Shown here: one piece after another, positions 27,313 through 32,983 of the stretch
How the letters are laid out: each line of letters opens with the position of its first letter
Position numbering within the stretch: position 1 is the stretch's first letter
Assembly (NCBI GenBank): GCA_030596405.1
Contig: JAUVKB010000002.1
Span: 1 to 32,983 of the forward strand
Length of the DNA stretch: 32,983 nucleotides
Direction of reading: 5' to 3'
Source: Deltaproteobacteria bacterium
Lineage (GTDB): Bacteria > Desulfobacterota > Desulfobacteria > Desulfobacterales > JAUVKB01
Made by a program: the position numbers and the translations under genes
The notes under the pieces: model-generated
What the model was told of the DNA's origin: nothing
What the model saw: the letters and a program-made list of their open reading frames with translations, nothing else
Databases searched by the model: none

Positions 27313-27396
27313 ATTTTTTTTGTTAAACTTGCAATTTTAAATAAATAAACCCGAATCTGTAATCACCTCCCTTTTTTGTTTTTAAAATTGTATTTT

Positions 27397-28803
27397 CTAT
27401 TCTCCCCAGTGCTGGCCGATCAAGACCATATCGAGCACATTTACACTGCCGTCCTGATTAATATCTTCTCTGATCCAGCCGGGGCTGCCGGTTTCTCCCC
27501 AGTGCTGGCCGATCAAGACCATGTCGAGTACATTTATATTGCCGTCCTGGTTGACATCCCAGTCAGGATAAGCAGGACCAAACGCGTAAACCTTGCCGTC
27601 TGCTCCGTGCGGGGTAAAAACCCTGCCGTTTGCAACCGCAGGCGATGATCCGCCTGCATCATAATGCCAGACTTCAGCGCCGGTATAGGCATCCAGGGCA
27701 TAAATCCCTGAATAGCAAAAATAAGTAACAGGATCAGGTTTTCCCACAAAGACCTTGCCGTCGGCCACCGCCACAGAGCATGTCCAGTTGCCGACTCCGA
27801 AGGCTGTGGAAGTTTCCCAGACCAGGGTTCCGCCGGTCGTAAAGCAGTATGTCTGTGAATAAGAATACCCTGTGCACCCGCCGCAGACATAAACATTCCC
27901 ATATGCCACAGCAGGAGTGGAATCGGTCCTTTGCACTATTTTTACCCAGTTTGTCGATCCGTCTGAAGCATCAAGTGAATAGAGTTCTCCGTCCCCGGAA
28001 AAGTTATAGGTAGTGACATAAACCGAACCGTCTGCCACAGCGGCCGAACCGCAGGCATCAAGATTGGTAGTTACATGCCATACAAGATTGCCCGAAACCG
28101 CGTCCACGCAATAGACATGCCCGCCCACATAAAGCCAGCTTGTAAGATATAAATAGCCGTTTTCATACGCTGCGGTGCCCTGGGCATATCCTGACACGTT
28201 AAACGTCCAAAGAAGGGCGCCGGTATCTTCATTAAGACAGTAGTAATGCCCTCCGTCCCAGTCGCTGCAAAAGACCTTGCCGTCGGCGACAGTGGGGCCT
28301 CCGTTGCACGAGGCATTGCCCGAGGGGTTGGTAAATGTCCATATCTGGGCTCCATCTGAAGCATTAAGACACCTGGTCTCAGGCCCTGATGAAACAAAAA
28401 CCTTGCCGTTGTGATAGGCTGGTGATGACCAGGAACCCCATTCTGATGGAAGAAGTGTTGTTGTCCAGATTGTGGCGCCGGTCAACTCGTTAAGACAGGA
28501 GAGAGCAGAATCCCCGCCATACATATCCGACGGCGCGGAAAAGGCAAAAACCTTGCCGTCCGCCACAACCACGGATGATGAACCGTTGACGCCGATATCT
28601 GCGCTTTCCCATAAAAACTCCGCGGTGTCGGGCGCGCTGGATGCGGAATAGCCGACATTTGTTGCATCGCCGTGAAATTGTTCCCAGCTTGTGCCGTCAG
28701 CCAAACTTGCAAACGCGCAAACAGGAACAAGCGCCGCAGCCGTCCAAAGAATCGTGGCGGCAAATAACATTTTTGAAATAATTTTCGATTTAAAAATTTT
28801 CAT
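27397..28803 (-). CDS. Secreted PQQ-like (BamB-like) beta-propeller protein with C-terminal duplicated dockerin
   Basis: Signal peptide ...VCAFASLA. Repeated propeller blades of the type DGKVF..S.D...YCLN..TGA..WT. The C-terminus is DVNQDGNINVLDMVLIGQHWGE-TGSPGWIRE-DINQDGSVNVLDMVLIGQHWGE (two F-hand Ca-binding repeats). Confidence 0.85.
   Translation of the reverse strand: MKIFKSKIISKMLFAATILWTAAALVPVCAFASLADGTSWEQFHGDATNVGYSASSAPDTAEFLWESADIGVNGSSSVVVADGKVFAFSAPSDMYGGDSALSCLNELTGATIWTTTLLPSEWGSWSSPAYHNGKVFVSSGPETRCLNASDGAQIWTFTNPSGNASCNGGPTVADGKVFCSDWDGGHYYCLNEDTGALLWTFNVSGYAQGTAAYENGYLYLTSWLYVGGHVYCVDAVSGNLVWHVTTNLDACGSAAVADGSVYVTTYNFSGDGELYSLDASDGSTNWVKIVQRTDSTPAVAYGNVYVCGGCTGYSYSQTYCFTTGGTLVWETSTAFGVGNWTCSVAVADGKVFVGKPDPVTYFCYSGIYALDAYTGAEVWHYDAGGSSPAVANGRVFTPHGADGKVYAFGPAYPDWDVNQDGNINVLDMVLIGQHWGETGSPGWIREDINQDGSVNVLDMVLIGQHWGE
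27400..27564 (-). repeat. Dockerin-encoding segment with a 93-bp internal duplication
   Basis: TTCTCCCCAGTGCTGGCCGATCAAGACCAT occurs at 27400 and again at 27493 (period 93 bp = 31 aa). In frame, it encodes both F-hand repeats. Confidence 0.85.
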
Positions 28804-28847
28804 TTTGTTTTTTTCTCCTTATCTTTTCAGTTAAACCTGATTAAAAC

Positions 28848-29690
28848 CTAACCGGCGGGAACTACAGAAAAAACATCTTCTCCGATAATTACATCTCCCT
28901 TGCCGGTTGTAACCGTTACATCATAAATACCTTCGGAGATACCTGCCTTCCTGATCAGGACAAAAATCTTTAAGGTTTCATTATTTACCGGTGTTACAGA
29001 CAAGACCCGGACAGCCGGGCTTCCAAATGAGACCCCGTTTCTTGCCACACCGTCATCCTTAAAACCGGTATTTTCACCGGTAATTACAAGACGACGGACA
29101 ACACCGCGTGAAATTCCCACTTCCACGACCGACGGTTCTACAGATTTAAAAACCGGCTGTGGAACCCCGCCTGTTACCGTTATAAAACCGTCTGCTGTTT
29201 CCGACGGCACTTCAGTGCCGGTCAAGTCGCCCACTATAACGTCGGTAAGGGCAAGGGAACTTGTGCCGGAAGCTTTGGCGTGAAAACTCACCGTGGCAAA
29301 TATTCCCGGCCCTGAAACCTCACACCCTGCTCCGAGCACGACACCTGCAACACCGTCGACAAATCCATCATCAGGGTAAACGCCGCCCATGACCGCAAAG
29401 TAGGTGCCGCATCCCGGGGGATACTGGCTGAGCAGATCTCCTTCAGTGACTCCCGTGTACTCCAGAACAGCAATGTCCCAGGTTATGTCAAACTGGAGAC
29501 CCGCAATCGCGGTGCCGGGTACGACATAGACATCCACGGTAAAATCATCGCCGGGATCTACCGTTAGAGCAGAAGGATGAACTTCTACTGTCGTCGCCAC
29601 TGTTGCCGCTGCCGTTACCGGCAGTAGCAACATCGGCATAAGTAATAGAAAAAGCATAAAAACGATGGTTGAAAATCTTGTTTTAGCCAT
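28848..29690 (-). CDS. Secreted class-1 cohesin protein with IPT/TIG-like C-terminal domain
   Basis: Signal peptide. Cohesin: DPGDDFTVDVYVVPGTAIAGLQFDITWDIAVLEY...GIFATVSFHAKASGTSSLALTDVIVGDLTGTEVPS. The C-terminal domain has LVITGENTGF...VSFG...YDVTVTTGKG. Confidence 0.8.
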   Translation of the reverse strand: MAKTRFSTIVFMLFLLLMPMLLLPVTAAATVATTVEVHPSALTVDPGDDFTVDVYVVPGTAIAGLQFDITWDIAVLEYTGVTEGDLLSQYPPGCGTYFAVMGGVYPDDGFVDGVAGVVLGAGCEVSGPGIFATVSFHAKASGTSSLALTDVIVGDLTGTEVPSETADGFITVTGGVPQPVFKSVEPSVVEVGISRGVVRRLVITGENTGFKDDGVARNGVSFGSPAVRVLSVTPVNNETLKIFVLIRKAGISEGIYDVTVTTGKGDVIIGEDVFSVVPAG

Positions 29691-29751
29691 TTATGTTACC
29701 TCCTTTGTTAAAATGTTTTTGGTTTAAACCTGAAAAGTTAAACCTGAAATA

Positions 29752-31398
29752 TTAAGAACCCCAGTGCTGAGCTATCAGTATCAGGTCGTTTAAGTTTACT
29801 ACCCCATCGTCATTAACGTCTTCCCTGATCCAGCCGGGGGTTCCGGTTTCGTCGAAATGCTGAGCCACTAAAAGCAGATCAAGCATATCCGTGCCGCCGT
29901 CAAAATTTACATCCCAGGCAAAGGCACAGTAGAATTCCGGCGCGGGGTACTGGTGGATACTGGTTCTGGTATCGATTTCGGCATAGGGCCAGAAGTGTCC
30001 AGCATCATTCCATGTAAAAGTCAGTTCGCCATATCCATCCGTGTAATCGACAAGTGTTCCTGGCGCAGGTTCCCATCCGCCCCATGTATCACTTACAAAA
30101 ACACCCGCATTTTCAACCGGAGATACTGTGCCGTATCCGTCTGTCCAGGTTACCGTTGCAGTGATATCATCTCCGGGGAGTATTTCGGTTTTATCAACAG
30201 ACAAAAGCATCTGGTAATATCCGAGCAGATAGTTAAACCAGTGCACGCTGTCGCCGTCTCCCACGGGCTGGGCATCCGCGCCAACCATGGGCACACTTTC
30301 GTTGTAAGCATACATCCACATATTCTCATTGGCCGGATCAACCCCGATCTGGACAACATAAGCTCCCCAGGATTCTGTTATTAAAATCTCTATGCCGTAT
30401 TCCTGGCAGTAACAGATCAGAACGCCCATTGCCGTCTGCTTGTCCACGGTAATCCCGTCTTCGGTTACATCCCCTTCGGAAACGCTGTAGCCGGCGACAT
30501 CAATAATGTCTGCAGAATCACCGCCGGTAGCCCGCAGATCAACAGAGATCGGCTGAGGCGGTGTGCCTACTTCGATAACACGGTGACAATCAGCAATCAA
30601 AGTATTGCCATTTGACAATCTTTCAGCATCCAGAGGCCCATTTAGCCCTGTATTATATTCCCAGACTATATTCCTGTCGGGATCTACCTCAATAACGCGA
30701 TTATTATAATGATCGCTAATCAAAGTATTGCCATTTGGCAATCTTTCGGCATCTATCGGGCCACTAAGTCCCATGTTGTAAGACCAGTCTATTTCACCTG
30801 CAGGGGTTATTTCAGTAATCATGTTCCAGCAATTGTTAGTAATCAAGGTGTTGCCGCTTGCTAATCGCTCGGAATCGATGGGACAGCCCTTATCGTTCAT
30901 ATCATATTCCCAGACTATATTGCCGGCAGGATCTACCTCAATTAAACCAAGGTCAAAGAGGTTGGTAATTAAAGTATTGCCGTTGGATAACCGTTCGACA
31001 TCATAAACATAGTAAAGACCGGCGCTGTATTCCCAGACTATATTGCCGACAGGGTTTACCTCAATGACACGGTTATTTTCGGCATCGGCAATCAGGGTAT
31101 TGCCGTCGGGCAATCTTTCGGCATCAACCGGGAGGTTAAGCCCTGTGTTGTACTCCCAGACTATGTTGCCTAAAGGGTCTACCTCGATAACACGATTATT
31201 GATGGAATCGCTAATCAAAGTATTACCATTTGTCAAACGGTCGGCTGCAGATGGATAGTCAAGTCCGGTGCTGTATTCCCAGACGATTTCATCAGCAGCC
31301 AGCACCGGTGTTACCAGCATCGCTACCCCTGATACCAGAAAGGCGCAGACTATGAGCACCGTGAATAAAATTCTTTGAATACCTTTTGTTTTAAACAT
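29752..31398 (-). CDS. Secreted six-bladed beta-propeller (ASST/NHL-like repeats) + transcobalamin-like DUF4430 domain + Ig-like domain + dockerin
   Basis: Six repeats of about 41-42 aa of the form IVWEY.TGL..P.DAERL.NGNTLI.D..NNRVIEVDP.GN. Then ...DGITVDKQTAMGVLICYCQEYGIEILITESWGAYVVQIG...WMYAYNESVPMVGADAQPVGDGDSVHWFNY (DUF4430-like). The C-terminus is DVNFDGGTDMLDLLLVAQHFDETGTPGWIREDVNDDGVVNLNDLILIAQHWGS. Confidence 0.8.
   Translation of the reverse strand: MFKTKGIQRILFTVLIVCAFLVSGVAMLVTPVLAADEIVWEYSTGLDYPSAADRLTNGNTLISDSINNRVIEVDPLGNIVWEYNTGLNLPVDAERLPDGNTLIADAENNRVIEVNPVGNIVWEYSAGLYYVYDVERLSNGNTLITNLFDLGLIEVDPAGNIVWEYDMNDKGCPIDSERLASGNTLITNNCWNMITEITPAGEIDWSYNMGLSGPIDAERLPNGNTLISDHYNNRVIEVDPDRNIVWEYNTGLNGPLDAERLSNGNTLIADCHRVIEVGTPPQPISVDLRATGGDSADIIDVAGYSVSEGDVTEDGITVDKQTAMGVLICYCQEYGIEILITESWGAYVVQIGVDPANENMWMYAYNESVPMVGADAQPVGDGDSVHWFNYLLGYYQMLLSVDKTEILPGDDITATVTWTDGYGTVSPVENAGVFVSDTWGGWEPAPGTLVDYTDGYGELTFTWNDAGHFWPYAEIDTRTSIHQYPAPEFYCAFAWDVNFDGGTDMLDLLLVAQHFDETGTPGWIREDVNDDGVVNLNDLILIAQHWGS
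29755..29919 (-). repeat. Dockerin-encoding segment with 93-bp internal periodicity
   Basis: TGCTGAGC occurs at 29765 and 29858 (93 bp apart). It shares the 14-mer TGATCCAGCCGGGG (encoding PGWI) with the other two dockerins. Confidence 0.8.
30565..31287 (-). repeat. Six tandem ~123-126 bp coding repeats (beta-propeller blades)
   Basis: IVWEY / IDWSY recur at residues 38, 79, 120, 161, 203 and 244 of the 548-aa protein. DNA-level similarity is visible, for example ATTGCCATTTGNCAATCTTTC recurs near 30604 and 30727. Confidence 0.8.
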
Positions 31399-31466
31399 TT
31401 TTAACCTCCTTTAAATTATAATTTTGAATTTTAGCTTAACAAATAAGGCGCCCTCAGTTTTCTTCA

Positions 31467-32915
31467 TCAAAAACTGAAATGCTGGCCCACTAAAATAATA
31501 TCGAGCATATCGATGCTGCCGTCGTCATTAACATCCTCCCTGATCCAGCCGGGGGCCCCGGTTTCTGAAAAATGCTGGCCCACTAAAATAATGTCGAGCA
31601 TGTTGACCGAGCCGTCTTCATTCACATCCCAATCCTCATAGAAATCACTTGAAAGGGCATAAAGACGGCCTCCGGCATTGCCGAAATATATCCGGTCGTT
31701 ATAGATAGCCATTCCTTGCAGTGTGTAGCCCCCGGAAGTGCCGGCTTCATCGCTGGTGAAATGCCACATCTCGGTACCGTCCTCATCGAGACAATAGGCT
31801 GTTCCGTCAGTACAATTGGAAGTGAAGTAAATATAAACCTGTTCTCCTTGAACACTTAATGCCGGCGAGGACTGGACACCGCCGTTGGGAATAAATGCCC
31901 AGATTTCTTCGCCGGCGGCTTCGGTTAAGCAGCAAAGTCCGCCCTGGGAGGAGAAGCCTCCCTTCCCGACATAAACTCTGTCATCATAAATTACCGGACT
32001 GGATGTGCTGTAACCGATTTGGACGTGCCACTGGTATGTCAAAGTGCCGGTAGCGGAGTTAAAATTGTAGGCCCAGCAGTTACCTCCCTTGCAGGTAAAA
32101 TAGACACGTCCGGCAGACTCGCTGTATGTGACTGAAGATCGGATTTCCCCGGCGCCTGAATCTACATCCTTCAGATTTTCTTCATCAACAAGCAGTCCGG
32201 TATCCTTATTGACACAGGTCAGGATTGAAGCATCATCGCCGTAGATCAGGTAATCACCTATGGCGCAGGCGCCGGCCCAGTAGTAGCCTCGTCCACTGGT
32301 GGAAGGCCGGTTCCATACAACATGACCGTCAGTGACGTCCAGGCAGTAGTATATTTTTCCATTCCAGCTCCCGATATAAATCTTGCCGTCTGCATACTTT
32401 ACCGGGGTGTTCAACTGGTCATAGGCGCTTGCTGTTTCATTTGCCCAGATTTGTGATCCGTTTGCGGCGTCAAGCGCGTATACGTGCCCGTCGTTGGTGG
32501 CGGCAAAAATCTTCCCCGCGGCATATGCCGGAGTGGAAAGTTGAAATAACATTCCTGTGCAACTTAAATCGGTCTGCCATATCTTATCGCCTGTTTCTGC
32601 GTCGAAGCCCCACATTTCCCCGAGGGCATCGAGAACAAAAATTTTTTCTTCGGCAATTATTGATGATGTGTCGATTCCGGCCATTCCGGTACTGCCGACC
32701 TGCTGTTTCCAGGAGACAGTCGCATCGGAAACAGGGGCTGTGTCACAGGTGATGCCCGAGTTTATTGCATCTTTTTGAAATTGTGCCCACCCGGAAAAAG
32801 ATTCTGTACCAACTCCTTCAGGAGTCGGCATCGCGGTTGAAACAGATGAAAAAAGCAAGAAAATTACGGCATAAAAGAAAATAATTTTTCTGCTTATTTT
32901 TAAATATTTTTCCAT
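31467..32915 (-). CDS. Secreted PQQ-like beta-propeller protein with C-terminal duplicated dockerin; first gene of the cluster
   Basis: Signal peptide. Blades of the type GKIF.A..DGHVYALDA.NG..IW. The C-terminus is DVNEDGSVNMLDIILVGQHFSETGAPGWIREDVNDDGSIDMLDIILVGQHFSF. Confidence 0.85.
   Translation of the reverse strand: MEKYLKISRKIIFFYAVIFLLFSSVSTAMPTPEGVGTESFSGWAQFQKDAINSGITCDTAPVSDATVSWKQQVGSTGMAGIDTSSIIAEEKIFVLDALGEMWGFDAETGDKIWQTDLSCTGMLFQLSTPAYAAGKIFAATNDGHVYALDAANGSQIWANETASAYDQLNTPVKYADGKIYIGSWNGKIYYCLDVTDGHVVWNRPSTSGRGYYWAGACAIGDYLIYGDDASILTCVNKDTGLLVDEENLKDVDSGAGEIRSSVTYSESAGRVYFTCKGGNCWAYNFNSATGTLTYQWHVQIGYSTSSPVIYDDRVYVGKGGFSSQGGLCCLTEAAGEEIWAFIPNGGVQSSPALSVQGEQVYIYFTSNCTDGTAYCLDEDGTEMWHFTSDEAGTSGGYTLQGMAIYNDRIYFGNAGGRLYALSSDFYEDWDVNEDGSVNMLDIILVGQHFSETGAPGWIREDVNDDGSIDMLDIILVGQHFSF
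31470..31634 (-). repeat. Dockerin-encoding segment with a 93-bp internal duplication
   Basis: ATGCTGGCCCACTAAAATAAT occurs at 31479 and 31572 (93 bp apart). In frame, it encodes both F-hand repeats. Confidence 0.85.
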
Positions 32916-32983
32916 ACCTGCCTCATACCTTAAGAATAAAAGTGTAAAATTTTGACAAGGCCTTAAAACAAAAAAAGCCGGAT

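Noticed and set aside
27397-27564. Near-identical ~50-bp units spaced 93 bp apart, considered as a mini CRISPR array or non-coding tandem repeat
   Set aside because: There are only two units. They lie in frame inside a long ORF and encode the two Ca-binding repeats of a dockerin. The same holds at 29755-29919 and 31470-31634.
22067-32915. Interpretation as a classical polysaccharide-degrading cellulosome
   Set aside because: I recognise no glycoside hydrolase, carbohydrate-binding or SLH modules; the dockerin-bearing subunits are beta-propellers. This still needs dbCAN confirmation.
32916-32983. Promoter for the cluster, and the tail of an upstream terminator (minus-strand ATCCGGCTTTTTTT at the window edge, then TTGTCA ... 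TATTCT)
   Set aside because: The -35/-10-like hexamers have poor spacing (about 14 nt). The putative terminator stem is cut off by the window edge. This is suggestive that the 482-aa gene starts a transcription unit, but it is not supportable as a feature.

Overview
This ~33 kb window comes from a bacterial chromosome. The housekeeping content and order (mfd, surA-like, rodZ-like, mgtE, recO, glyQ, glyS) suggest a Gram-negative anaerobe, possibly Desulfobacterota-like, but that is only an impression and needs a database search. The window has three parts. (1) Positions 1-2776 are an AT-rich left edge. It holds a partial minus-strand gene, absent from the ORF track, for an ABC/AAA ATPase fused to a DUF4435/Toprim-like region (OLD / PARIS-like defence architecture). 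Next come tRNA-Asn(GTT), a metallo-beta-lactamase-fold hydrolase and tRNA-Thr(CGT), all on the minus strand. (2) Positions 2787-22075 are a co-directional plus-strand block: mfd, a SurA-like PPIase, a RodZ-like protein, mgtE, recO, a GHMP kinase, glyQ, glyS, an HTH-EIIA fusion, a ClC channel, a tandem Usp-like protein, a small unknown protein, a nucleoside phosphorylase and a BtuF/BtuC/BtuD-class ABC importer. (3) Positions 22067-32915 are the standout: eight co-directional minus-strand genes, all with signal peptides. Together they encode six cohesin-like modules in five proteins and three beta-propeller proteins that each end in a canonical duplicated dockerin. One scaffoldin-like protein reads cohesin-CARDB-cohesin-divergent dockerin. 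I recognise no glycoside hydrolase or carbohydrate-binding module, so this looks like a cellulosome-style surface assembly with non-cellulolytic cargo. One dockerin-bearing propeller also carries a transcobalamin-like (DUF4430) domain, and the cluster abuts the B12/iron-chelate-type ABC importer. Within the cluster, a ~535 bp cohesin module is duplicated at roughly 93% identity, and all three dockerins have a 93 bp internal periodicity. All domain calls are by-eye motif recognition and need HMM or structure confirmation.
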